NCBI GenBank assembly: GCA_036001465.1
Contig: DASYUH010000046.1
Span: 19,993-83,992 of the forward strand
DNA length: 64,000 nucleotides
Reading direction: 5' to 3'
Source of the DNA: Candidatus Polarisedimenticolia bacterium
GTDB taxonomy: Bacteria > Acidobacteriota > Polarisedimenticolia > Gp22-AA2
The position numbers were made by a program, and so were the translations under genes. Position 1 is the first letter of the stretch. Every line of letters starts with the position of its first letter. A model generated the notes under the pieces. It worked only from the letters and a program-made list of their open reading frames with translations. It did not search any database and was not told where the DNA came from. Positions 53,066 through 61,787 of the stretch are shown here, one piece after another.

Positions 53066-54259
53066 GTGACCGACCGCGTCGTCCTGTATGCGGCCGCCTT
53101 CGTGCGCGCCCTGGGGACCGGCATGATCGGCGTCCTCATGGGCGTCTATCTCGCCCGGCTCGAGTTCGATCCGGCGCGGATCGGCTACGTGGTCGGCGCC
53201 GGGCTTCTCGGATGCGCCGCCGCGGCCCTTCTGGTGACCCTGTTCGCCGATCGCGCCGGCCGCCGGAGGTCCCTCATCGCCGTGTCGCTCCTGTCGTTCG
53301 CGGGCGGCTGCGCGTTCGCCCTCACCGCGCACCCCTTCGCCGCGGGGGCGGCGGCCTTCCTCGGGATGGTGAACGGCATGGGGCGCGACCGCGGCGCCTC
53401 GCTCATCCTCGACCAGGTCATCCTGCCGGCGACCGTCGGCGACGAGCGCCGGACGCGCGCCTTCGCCTGGTACAACGTCCTGCAGGACATCGGCCACGCC
53501 GTGGGCGGGCTCCTGGCGGGACTGCCGGCCCTGCTCCGCGGGCTGGGGGCGGAGGGGCTCGGGTCCTACCGGCTGAGCGTCGGCTTCTACGCCCTGCTGA
53601 TGCTGGCCTGCGCGGCGCTCTACCTTCGCCTGTCGTCGCGCGTCGAGCCGGATCCCGCACACCCCCTGAAGGCGCGCGTCTCCCCCGCGACGCGGCGCGT
53701 CCTCTGGCGCATCTCGTCCCTGTTCGCCCTGGACAGCCTGGCCGGCGGGTTCCTGACCACGGCGCTCCTGAGCTTCTTCTTCTACGAGCGCTTCGGCGTA
53801 GGGGAGGCGGTCCTCGGCCCGCTGTTCTTCGGGGCGCGGGTCCTGAACGCCCTGTCCCACCTGGGGGCGGCGTGGCTGGCGCGCCGCTTCGGGCTGGTCA
53901 ACACCATGGTCTTCACCCACATCCCTTCGAGCCTCCTGATGATCACCGTGGCCTACGCGCCGAGCTTCCCGATCGCCGCCCTTCTCTTCCTGCTGCGCGA
54001 GGGGCTGGTGGAGATGGACGTGCCGACCCGCCAGTCGTACGTCATGGCGGTGGTGCGTCCCGAGGAGCGCACCCTGGCCTCCGGCGTCACCCACCTCGTC
54101 CGGGTCGGCGCGTGGGCCGTCGCCCCGGCGTTTGCCGGCTGGTTCATGGGCGGGCTGTCGCTGATGACCCCCCTGGTCATCGGGTCGTGCATGAAGGTGG
54201 TGTACGACATCATGCTCTATGCCGCCTTCCGGGGGACGCGGGCGCCCGAGGAGGTTTGA
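53066..54259 (+). CDS. MFS transporter
   Basis: 12 hydrophobic segments; ...FADRAGRRRS... in loop 2-3 (MFS signature-like). The stop lies 8 nt before the Fur-family ATG. Confidence 0.85.
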   Translation: MTDRVVLYAAAFVRALGTGMIGVLMGVYLARLEFDPARIGYVVGAGLLGCAAAALLVTLFADRAGRRRSLIAVSLLSFAGGCAFALTAHPFAAGAAAFLGMVNGMGRDRGASLILDQVILPATVGDERRTRAFAWYNVLQDIGHAVGGLLAGLPALLRGLGAEGLGSYRLSVGFYALLMLACAALYLRLSSRVEPDPAHPLKARVSPATRRVLWRISSLFALDSLAGGFLTTALLSFFFYERFGVGEAVLGPLFFGARVLNALSHLGAAWLARRFGLVNTMVFTHIPSSLLMITVAYAPSFPIAALLFLLREGLVEMDVPTRQSYVMAVVRPEERTLASGVTHLVRVGAWAVAPAFAGWFMGGLSLMTPLVIGSCMKVVYDIMLYAAFRGTRAPEEV

Positions 54260-54267
54260 CAGGGCGG

Positions 54268-54774
54268 ATGGGCCGGGCCATAATTGAGACTGAGTTGCAA
54301 CTAGAGGTCACGCTGAAAGCCATCGATCGATTCGCCCGGTTCCTGTCCCAGAACCGTCTCAAGATGACGAAGGAGAGGCGCGCCATCCTGGCTGACGTGC
54401 TGTCGGTGCGCGGGCACTTCGACGTGGACGATCTGCTGGCCCGCCTGCGCCGCACGGGGCACCACGTGTCGCGCGCCACCCTGTACCGCACCCTGCCGCG
54501 CCTGGTCGAGTCGGGCCTGATCCACAAGGTCGAGATGGCCGGGGGCCAGGCGCGCTACGAGCTGATGGTGGGGCGGCACCACCACGATCACATGGTCTGT
54601 CTCGGCTGCGGCGACATTCTCGAGTTCGAGAGCGCCGAGGTCGAGCGCATCCAGGAAGAGGTCTGCCGCCGCAAGAAATTCGTGATGACCGGCCACACCC
54701 ACCAGATCCGCGGCTACTGCGCGGCGTGCGCCGGCGACGGCCGGGCGGGCGCCGTCCCGCGCAAGGCGCACTGA
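54268..54774 (+). CDS. fur: Fur-family metalloregulator
   Basis: ...FLSQNRLKMTKERRAILADVL...VSRATLYRTLPRLVESGLI...HHHDHMVCLGCGDILEF...GYCAACAG has a winged helix, a His-rich site and two CxxC pairs. Confidence 0.85.
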   Translation: MGRAIIETELQLEVTLKAIDRFARFLSQNRLKMTKERRAILADVLSVRGHFDVDDLLARLRRTGHHVSRATLYRTLPRLVESGLIHKVEMAGGQARYELMVGRHHHDHMVCLGCGDILEFESAEVERIQEEVCRRKKFVMTGHTHQIRGYCAACAGDGRAGAVPRKAH

Positions 54775-56108
54775 TGCTCGAAGCCCTGGTCGTGACCCTC
54801 CGGGAGGGAGTCGAGGCGGCCCTGGTCGCCGGCATCATCTTGATCTACCTCCGCAAGACCGGGCGCGCGGCGCTCGAGCGCTGGGTCTACCTGGGCCTTT
54901 CGGCCGGCGTCGCGGCGAGCGTCGCCTGCGCCTTCGCGTTCGCCCGCATGGAGATCGCGGAGGAGGTCTACGAGGGCTGGCTGATGATCGCCGGCGCCGT
55001 CCTGGTGACCACGATGGTCATCTGGATGCTGCGCACGGCGAAGGGGCTCAAGCAGCAGATCGAGGCCCGCGTCGAGGCGATCGCCTCCCGGTCCCTCGGT
55101 GCGGCGGCGCAGGGGGACGCGGCGGCACAGAGGGGCGCCGTGGCGGCCGGCCTGTTCGGCCTCACGTTCGTCCTCATCCTGCGCGAGGGGATCGAGACGG
55201 TCCTGTTCCTGGCGGCGGTCAACCTGACCACCGACTCGCTCCTGACCTTCTTCGGCGGGCTCCTGGGGATCGGCCTGGCAATCCTGTTCGGCGTCGCGTT
55301 CGTGCGCGGCACGGCGCGCGTCGACCTGCAGCGCTTCTTCACCGTCACCGCCATCGTCCTGTTCGTCCTGGCGGCCCAGCTCCTGGTCGGCGGCCTGCAC
55401 GAGTTCGGCGAGCGCGGCACCATCCCGATCGGCGCGAAGGAGATGGAGCTCATCGGTCCGGTCGTGAAGAACAACGCCATCCTCCTGGCTTCGCTCCTGG
55501 CGCTGCCGCTCATCGTCCTCCTGGTGCCGGGCCGCGCCGAGAAGAAGCGGGCCTCCGAGGCGGCTGGGCTCGAGGGGCCGGAGCGGCGCCTGGCGCTCGC
55601 CGGAATGCAGCGCGAGCGCCTCTGGAAGCGGACGTTCGCCGTGGCCGGGATCGTCGCCATCACGGCGCTCACCGTCTCGCACGCCTTTTCACGCCTGCCG
55701 CGCGGCGTCGATCCGCCGGTCCTGCTCGAGCCCGACGCCGCGGGAATCGTGCGCCTCCCGAAGGCCGGGTTCGAGGACGGGCGCCTGCACCGCTACGGGG
55801 TCGAGACCGACGGCGCCGTGGTGCGGTTCTTCGTGAAGAAGTCCGGCTCCCGCCTCGTTCCGGTGTTCGACAGCTGCCAGGTGTGCGGGGCCCACGGCTA
55901 CGCCGACCTGAAGGGACGGCTCGTCTGCCTGGCGTGCGCCGCCGACGTCAACCCGGCGACCCTGGGGACGGGGGGCGGCTGCAACCCGATTCCGCTGCCG
56001 TTCAAGGACGAGGGGGCGAGCCTCGCGATCGCCGTTTCTGATCTGAAGACGCAGGCGGCGGCGTTCCGCGCCGCGCAATCGACGGCGGCGAAGCCTCCCG
56101 CCGACTGA
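54774..56108 (+). CDS. FTR1/EfeU-type iron permease fused to a DUF2318-like Cys-rich domain
   Basis: Two REGxE motifs (TLREGVEAALV, ILREGIETVLF) in a 7-TM region. C-terminal domain ...LHRYGV...VRFFV...VFDSCQVCGAHGYADLKGRLVCLACAADVNP...GGGCNPIPLP. The start overlaps the fur stop (TGATG). Confidence 0.8.
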   Translation: MLEALVVTLREGVEAALVAGIILIYLRKTGRAALERWVYLGLSAGVAASVACAFAFARMEIAEEVYEGWLMIAGAVLVTTMVIWMLRTAKGLKQQIEARVEAIASRSLGAAAQGDAAAQRGAVAAGLFGLTFVLILREGIETVLFLAAVNLTTDSLLTFFGGLLGIGLAILFGVAFVRGTARVDLQRFFTVTAIVLFVLAAQLLVGGLHEFGERGTIPIGAKEMELIGPVVKNNAILLASLLALPLIVLLVPGRAEKKRASEAAGLEGPERRLALAGMQRERLWKRTFAVAGIVAITALTVSHAFSRLPRGVDPPVLLEPDAAGIVRLPKAGFEDGRLHRYGVETDGAVVRFFVKKSGSRLVPVFDSCQVCGAHGYADLKGRLVCLACAADVNPATLGTGGGCNPIPLPFKDEGASLAIAVSDLKTQAAAFRAAQSTAAKPPAD

Positions 56109-56119
56109 GAGGCCGGGCC

Positions 56120-57445
56120 ATGTTCCTGCGACTCGTCGTGCATTCCCTGCTGCGCCGCAAGAGGCGGAAGACCGTGATCATGGCGGCGATCGCCCTCGGG
56201 ACCGCGGCCGCGGCGGCGCTCGGAGATATCGCGCTCGACATCGGCGACAAGGTGAGCCGCGAGCTGAGCTCGTTCGGCGCCAACCTCGTCGTCCTGCCGG
56301 CGGGCGGCGGCGCCCCGGTCGTGGTCGGCGGCGAGGACGTGTCCGCCCTGCGCGTCCCGGCGTACCTGGGCCGCCAGGACCTGAGCAACGTCCGGGAGAA
56401 TTTCTGGAAAAACAACATCCTGGGGTTCGCGCCGGTCTTCGACGTCGCGGGGCGGCTCGCTCCGGGGGGCCGGGCCGTGACGCTGCGCGGCACCTGGTTC
56501 GACCGGAATGTCGAGGGGGCCGATCCGCCGCTGCGCACGGGGCTGCGCAGCCTGAATCCGTTCTGGAGCGTGACGGGGGAGTGGCCGGACGAGGCCGGCC
56601 TCCCCGCCCTGGCGCCGGCCGGGGACACGCAGCCCGATCCGGGGCCGCTCGAGGCGCTGGCCGGCGGCAACCTGGCGGCGGAGATCGGGCTGCGCCCCGG
56701 GAATCGCCTGAGGATTTCCGTCGCGGGCCGCATGGCGCCGCTGATCGTCACCGGGATCGTGAGGACCGGCGGAGAGGACGAGGACGCGCTGCTCCTGCCG
56801 ATCGAAACGGCCTGGAGCCTCGCCGGACAGCCGGGCCGGATCTCACGCGTCTTCGTGCGGGCCCTGACGACGCCCGAGACGGCCGTGTACGAGAGACTGG
56901 GTGCCAGCCCCAGGGACCTGCCGCCGGAGGAGTTCGAACGCTGGACCTGCACGCCGTTCCCCTCGTCCATCGCCTACGAGCTGCAGCGCGCTGTGCCCGG
57001 ATCGGAGGCGCGCGTCATTCGCCGGGTGGCCGATTCGGAGGGGGTCATCCTGCGGCGAATCTCCGGCCTGATGGCCGCGATCGCCGTGCTGGCGGCGCTC
57101 GGCTCGGCCCTGGCGGTCACCAGCGCCCTGTCGACGAGCGTGCTCGAGCGCCGGTCGGAGATCGGCCTGCTCAAGGCGATGGGGGCGGGGAACCCGCGCG
57201 TCGTCGCGCTGTTCCTGGCGGAGGCCGTCCTGTTCGGCGTCACCGGGGGGCTCCTCGGAGCGGGGCTCGGGGCGCTGATGGCGCGCTTCATCTCCACGTC
57301 GGTGTTCGGGGCGCCCGTGACGATCCGGCCGTCCGCCATCCCCCTGGCGATCGCCGTGGCGCTTCTGATCACGACCGCCGGATTCGTCATGCCGGCGCGG
57401 CGCATCCTGCGATTCCGCCCGTACGAGGTGCTGCGTGGACTCTAG
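56120..57445 (+). CDS. FtsX/MacB-type ABC permease (1 of 2)
   Basis: N-terminal TM, a periplasmic domain of about 250 aa, and a C-terminal FtsX 3-TM module (...RRSEIGLLKAMGAGNPRVVALFLAEAVLFG...). Confidence 0.85.
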   Translation: MFLRLVVHSLLRRKRRKTVIMAAIALGTAAAAALGDIALDIGDKVSRELSSFGANLVVLPAGGGAPVVVGGEDVSALRVPAYLGRQDLSNVRENFWKNNILGFAPVFDVAGRLAPGGRAVTLRGTWFDRNVEGADPPLRTGLRSLNPFWSVTGEWPDEAGLPALAPAGDTQPDPGPLEALAGGNLAAEIGLRPGNRLRISVAGRMAPLIVTGIVRTGGEDEDALLLPIETAWSLAGQPGRISRVFVRALTTPETAVYERLGASPRDLPPEEFERWTCTPFPSSIAYELQRAVPGSEARVIRRVADSEGVILRRISGLMAAIAVLAALGSALAVTSALSTSVLERRSEIGLLKAMGAGNPRVVALFLAEAVLFGVTGGLLGAGLGALMARFISTSVFGAPVTIRPSAIPLAIAVALLITTAGFVMPARRILRFRPYEVLRGL

Positions 57446-58667
57446 CCGCGTCCCCACGGAAGCCCCCGCGTCCCGGGGACGGGCCGCTCCGGCCGGCCGG
57501 CCTCCGCGAGGGATCCGGCACGAGCCCCGGCGCTTCATCACCTCGGCCCGGTTCCTCCTCCGCTCGCTGAACCTGCGTGGCGCGGCGTTCCTCCTGGCGC
57601 TCCTGGCGGTCACGGTCGGCGCGACGGTGACCGCGACCGTCCTCAACCTGAAGGCCGGCCTCAAGGAGAAGATGTCGCGCGAGCTGCGGGCCTACGGTCC
57701 GAATCTGCTGGTCGTCCCGCGCTCGGACACCGCGGCCCAGCGCGCCGGCGACCCGGCGTCGATCACCCTGCTCGAAGAGGACCTGCGCGCGGTGCCGGCG
57801 ATCCTGGGATCCCGGACGGCCGTCGTGCCGGTTCTGATCGCCGGAGGGACGGCGGCCGGCCACGCCGCGACCCTCGTCGGCGCCGACTTCGATGCCCTGC
57901 ACCGCCTGTACCCCGGATGGCGCCTCGAGCCCGCGCCCCCGGCCGGGCCGGCGTGCGTTCTCGGCGTGGCGCTGGCGCGGCGGGCCGGCGCGCGGGCCGG
58001 GGATCCGATCGAGATCGGCACGGGGTCCGGCTCGGCGACGCTCCGGGTCGCGTCGCTGCTCTCGACGGGGGAGGCGGAGGACGAGCAGGTCTTCGTCCCG
58101 CTGGCATTCCTGCAGGGACTCGTGGACCGTCCCGGGCAGGCGTCGTTCGCCGCGCTGTCGATCGACGGCGGGGCGCCGGGTGTCGGCAGGGCCTCGGCCG
58201 CGATCGACCGGGCGCTGCCCCGCGCCCGGGCGCGCCCGCTGCGGGCGATCGCCCTGGCGGAGGGGGCGCTGCTCGATCGGCTCGACCGGATGATGCACCT
58301 CCTGACCCTGGTGATCCTGCTGCTTTCCGGTCTCTGCCTGGTCACGACCCTCATGTCGATGGTGGTCGAGCGCGAATCGGAGATCGGCCTGGCCCGCGCC
58401 ATCGGCGCCGGAGACGGGGAGATCTTCCGGATGTTCCTGGGGGAGATCGGCCTGCTCGGGGTCCTCGGCACGCTCGCGGGTCTGGTGCTCGGCGCCGGCG
58501 TGACGCGGCTGATCGGCGAGGGCCTGTTCGGCGCCCCCATCGAGGCGAGCCTGTCGGTTGCGCCGGTCGTCCTCGGGATGTCGATGCTCATCTGCCTGAT
58601 CGCCGTGTACGTTCCCCTCCGGCGCGCCCTGGCGATCCAGCCGGCGGCGGCGCTGCGAGGGGAGTGA
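57435..58667 (+). CDS. FtsX/MacB-type ABC permease (2 of 2)
   Basis: Same architecture (...RESEIGLARAIGAGDGEIFRMFLGEIGLLG...). The GTG start overlaps the upstream stop by 11 nt, and the exact start is uncertain. Confidence 0.8.
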   Translation: MDSSRVPTEAPASRGRAAPAGRPPRGIRHEPRRFITSARFLLRSLNLRGAAFLLALLAVTVGATVTATVLNLKAGLKEKMSRELRAYGPNLLVVPRSDTAAQRAGDPASITLLEEDLRAVPAILGSRTAVVPVLIAGGTAAGHAATLVGADFDALHRLYPGWRLEPAPPAGPACVLGVALARRAGARAGDPIEIGTGSGSATLRVASLLSTGEAEDEQVFVPLAFLQGLVDRPGQASFAALSIDGGAPGVGRASAAIDRALPRARARPLRAIALAEGALLDRLDRMMHLLTLVILLLSGLCLVTTLMSMVVERESEIGLARAIGAGDGEIFRMFLGEIGLLGVLGTLAGLVLGAGVTRLIGEGLFGAPIEASLSVAPVVLGMSMLICLIAVYVPLRRALAIQPAAALRGE

Positions 58668-58683
58668 ACCCAGGAGACGTCGC

Positions 58684-59766
58684 GTGTCCTTCATCCAGAT
58701 CGACAACGTCACACGACGGTACGACAAGGGCGTGATCGCCCTCGAGCGCGTCAGCCTCGAGATCAAGCAGGGGGAGTGGCTGGCGATCATGGGTCCCTCG
58801 GGATCGGGCAAGACGACCCTTCTGAATCTTCTCGGGGGCCTCGACCTCGCCGATGAAGGGCGGGTGATCGTGGACGGCCTCGATCTGGCCCGCATCTCGC
58901 GCCCCGAGCTGATCCGCTACCGCCGCGAGCGCGTCGGACTGGTGTTCCAGCAGTTCCACCTCATCCCCTACCTGACCGCCCTGGAAAACGTCATGCTCGC
59001 CCAGTACCTGCACAGCATCACGGACGAAGGGGAGGCGGTGCAGGCGCTCACGCGGGTCGGCCTCGGAGACCGCCTCGGGCACCGCCCCGCGCAGCTGTCC
59101 GGCGGCGAGAGGCAGCGCGTCTGCATCGCGCGCGCCCTCATCAACCGACCGAAGCTCATCCTGGCGGACGAGCCGACCGGCTCGCTCGACGCCGAGAACG
59201 AGAGCGCCGTCCTCGACCTGTTCGCGCAGATCCACGACTCCGGCCAGACGATCGTCATGGTGACGCACGACCTCGTCGTCGGCCGGCGCGCCTCGCGCCA
59301 GATCCAGCTCGAGCACGGCCGGGTCGCCGGCGAGTTCCTGACCCTGCAGCAGGACGAGGAGGCGATCGACGAGGTCCTCGAGTACCTGTGGCTGAAGACC
59401 GAGGGGGACCCCGCGGCGCACGAGATCTGCGCCATCGGCGCGCGCCTCGCCACGCCGCAGCTCCTCGAGCGCATGCACGCCCGCGGCATCCTGCACCCGG
59501 GCGGCGGCCTCGAGTTCAGCGAGGACGGCCGCCGTCGCGCCGAGAGCCTGATCCGCCGCCACCGCCTGGCCGAGACCCTGTTCTCGGAGACCTTCCAGAT
59601 GCACGAGGCGGTCGTCGAAGAGGAGGCCTGCTTCTTCGAGCACATCCTGTCGCCCGTGATGACCGATTCGATCTGCGGCTTCCTGAACCACCCGCCCGCC
59701 TGTCCGCACGGCAAGCCGATCCCGCGCGGCGCGTGCTGCGTCGGACGATCGGCGTCGGCGCGGTAA
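58684..59766 (+). CDS. MacB/LolD-type ABC ATPase fused to a C-terminal DtxR/MntR-like metal-dependent regulator module
   Basis: aa 1-215: Walker A GPSGSGKTT, Q-loop, signature LSGGERQR, Walker B LILADEPT, H-loop VTHD. aa about 222-347: ...LLERMHARGIL...LEFSEDGRRRAESLIRRHRLAETLF...EEEACFFEHILS...LNHPPACPHGKPIP parallels the DtxR wHTH plus dimerisation/metal domain. Confidence 0.85.
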   Translation: MSFIQIDNVTRRYDKGVIALERVSLEIKQGEWLAIMGPSGSGKTTLLNLLGGLDLADEGRVIVDGLDLARISRPELIRYRRERVGLVFQQFHLIPYLTALENVMLAQYLHSITDEGEAVQALTRVGLGDRLGHRPAQLSGGERQRVCIARALINRPKLILADEPTGSLDAENESAVLDLFAQIHDSGQTIVMVTHDLVVGRRASRQIQLEHGRVAGEFLTLQQDEEAIDEVLEYLWLKTEGDPAAHEICAIGARLATPQLLERMHARGILHPGGGLEFSEDGRRRAESLIRRHRLAETLFSETFQMHEAVVEEEACFFEHILSPVMTDSICGFLNHPPACPHGKPIPRGACCVGRSASAR

Positions 59767-59897
59767 GTCGCCATCGGTACTCGGGTTCCGGCCATGCCCG
59801 TTGTCAGGAGGCGTTTCCTGGCCACTCGAAATTGAAATCGCTCCCGCCAGTCGGGTCTTCCGATTCACCTCAAGGTGCCCCCATCCTGCGGCTCGGA

Positions 59898-60584
59898 ATG
59901 CTGGTCGTCCTCGCGGTCACGATTTTCACCGAATGTCATGGACGAGTCTCCCGCGCACTGATTCACGATCCGATTGTCGCCGCCGCCGCCGCGGAAGAAT
60001 TCGCGCGCGTGGCCTTCGTCGAGCGCAATGCCGATGCCGCCTACAGGCTCGTCTGGGAAGAATGGAAGACGGAGCTGTCGCTTGGCATGTTGATCCTGAC
60101 CCTCAAGCAGATCCACCCGAGTGGCTTTCCATCCCGAGTGCGTGCCGAAGAGTACGAACCCATTCCAGACAAGCCAGCGATGGCGATATTCCTGAATGGG
60201 GAGAATGACGCGGGAGAGACATTCTACTATCGGTTTGTCATGGCGGGATCCGCTGCGGAAGGCTACAAAGTGGGCGGCTTTCTCCGAGGCAGCGGACCGT
60301 ATCCCAAATCGTCGACCAGACGTCCATTGCATGCAGCCATGACCAGGCGCCGCGATCGAGCCGCATGGAGCGCGATGTCGCTCCCCTGCCGTCACGATGG
60401 AGCCGTGGTGGCGCCGGGCCGAAAATCGGAGCGGAATCGGATGTGTTACCATGCAGTGCCCGATCATCGAGGAGGTGATCATGCACCCCGCCCCGCAGTT
60501 CTCGATGACCAAAACCGTAATCGTGATGGTGGCCATGGGCGTCGCGGCTTGTTCGGGCGACAGCAACCGGCCGGTCCCCGATAA
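59898..60584 (+). CDS. hypothetical protein; 3' part doubtful
   Basis: The first 135 or so codons look coding (MLVVLAVTIFTECHG...FYYRFVMAGSAAEGYKVGGFLRGSGPYP) in a region of visibly lower GC. The last 90 or so codons are Arg-rich and overlap the next gene by 104 nt. Confidence 0.4.
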   Translation: MLVVLAVTIFTECHGRVSRALIHDPIVAAAAAEEFARVAFVERNADAAYRLVWEEWKTELSLGMLILTLKQIHPSGFPSRVRAEEYEPIPDKPAMAIFLNGENDAGETFYYRFVMAGSAAEGYKVGGFLRGSGPYPKSSTRRPLHAAMTRRRDRAAWSAMSLPCRHDGAVVAPGRKSERNRMCYHAVPDHRGGDHAPRPAVLDDQNRNRDGGHGRRGLFGRQQPAGPR

Positions 60585-61170
60585 CGATGTCCCGGCGATT
60601 GCGTCCCTCGACCCCTCCTACGCCGTCGAGGGGGATCCGGCATTCATGTTGCTCGTGCACGGCCAGGGATTCAGCCTGGGATCGGTGGTCAGGTGGAACG
60701 GGGCCGATCGGCTCACGACACTGCTGAACCCGACTCCCGGAGAGTTCGTCCTCAAGGCATCCATTCACCTTGCCGACGTCGCCGCTCAGACAACCGCGCA
60801 GATCACGGTGTTCAATCCGCCCCCGGGGGGCGGGGTCTCGAACACCGTCAATTTCGTCGTCTATGATCCGTCCGCTATCAATCCGGTGCCGACCGTTTCG
60901 ACCACCGATCCCACGTTCGTCACGCACGGCGTGCAGGCGACGATCACGGTGCACGGCACCGGCTTCATGAGCGGCTCGACCGTCCTATGGAAGCCCGCCG
61001 CGACGACAAACGAATACACGGAGACCAACGTCACCTTCGTCAACAGCACCGAGCTGACGGTGGTCATTCCCGCGTTGCATATCCCGAACACCGGCTCCGC
61101 AACTCTCAAGGTCGTCAATCCGCCCCCCGGCGGCGGAACCTCCGGCGGCGAGACAGTCAGCATTTTGTAA
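60481..61170 (+). CDS. lipoprotein with two IPT/TIG (Ig-like) domains
   Basis: GAGGAGGTGATC RBS before ATG 60481; lipobox VAMGVAAC. Two repeats of ...G..F..GS.V.W......T......L...I......G.A...V.NPPPGGG.S... Confidence 0.75.
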   Translation: MHPAPQFSMTKTVIVMVAMGVAACSGDSNRPVPDNDVPAIASLDPSYAVEGDPAFMLLVHGQGFSLGSVVRWNGADRLTTLLNPTPGEFVLKASIHLADVAAQTTAQITVFNPPPGGGVSNTVNFVVYDPSAINPVPTVSTTDPTFVTHGVQATITVHGTGFMSGSTVLWKPAATTNEYTETNVTFVNSTELTVVIPALHIPNTGSATLKVVNPPPGGGTSGGETVSIL

Positions 61171-61197
61171 GCGAGTCCGCGCAGGCTCGCGCCCGGG

Positions 61198-61755
61198 TCA
61201 GGTGACCTGGGCCCCCTTCTCGAGCAGGATGACCACGAGCAGATCGTTCTTCCCGTTGGCGGCGAGGGCCAGGGGGGTGAAGCCGCTGCCGTCCTTGGCG
61301 TTGACGTCGGCCCCGTGGGCGAGCAGGAGCTCGGCGAGCGCCACCTGCTTGTTGGCGGCGGCGGCGTGCAGGGGCGTGTTCTCCTTGGCGAACCGGGTGC
61401 TCCGGGATCGGGCGTTGACGTCGGCGCCGTTGGCCAGAAGGACGCTGGCGACCTCCTTGCGGCCGAAGAACGAGGCGAGGTGCAGCGGGGTCCAGCCGTC
61501 GTGGCTGTAGGTGTTCGCCAGGGACGGGTCGGCGCCGAGAAAATCGCTGACCCGGTCGGTGAGACCCAGGGCGGAGGCCTCGAAGAGGTTCACCCCCGCC
61601 CCTTTCTCCAGAAGCAGATCGAACAGGTCCTTGCGGCCGGTGTAGGCGGCGGTCAGGAGCAGCGAGTCGCCGCTCTCGTTGCGGGCGTTCAACAGATCGG
61701 GATGGGCTTCGAGTAGCGTCCTGATCCTGTCGCGATCTCCGATGGCTACTGCCAT
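61198..61755 (-). CDS. ankyrin-repeat protein
   Basis: GDSLLLTAAYTGRKDLFDLLLEKGAGVN, GWTPLHLASFFGRKEVASVLLANGADVN, NTPLHAAAANKQVALAELLLAHGADVN, GFTPLALAANGKNDLLVVILLEKGA. ATG 61755 (GAAGAGGAAG RBS) is preferred over ATG 61779. Confidence 0.85.
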   Translation of the reverse strand: MAVAIGDRDRIRTLLEAHPDLLNARNESGDSLLLTAAYTGRKDLFDLLLEKGAGVNLFEASALGLTDRVSDFLGADPSLANTYSHDGWTPLHLASFFGRKEVASVLLANGADVNARSRSTRFAKENTPLHAAAANKQVALAELLLAHGADVNAKDGSGFTPLALAANGKNDLLVVILLEKGAQVT

Positions 61756-61787
61756 GAACACTTCCTCTTCAGGATTCATAGGCGGGC

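Noticed and set aside
60025-60039. Sigma54-like CGGCAT-N5-TTGC on the reverse strand.
   Set aside because: It lies inside the coding part of the 59898 gene, the -24 element is imperfect, and no reverse-strand gene lies downstream.
60481-61170. IPT/TIG lipoprotein as the functional substitute for the missing periplasmic P19 iron/copper-binding protein of the FTR1 system.
   Set aside because: This rests only on position and a generic Ig-like fold. I see no His/Met/Glu-rich metal-site motif, and the gene is separated from the operon by the doubtful 59898 ORF in a compositionally different patch. It is too speculative to claim.
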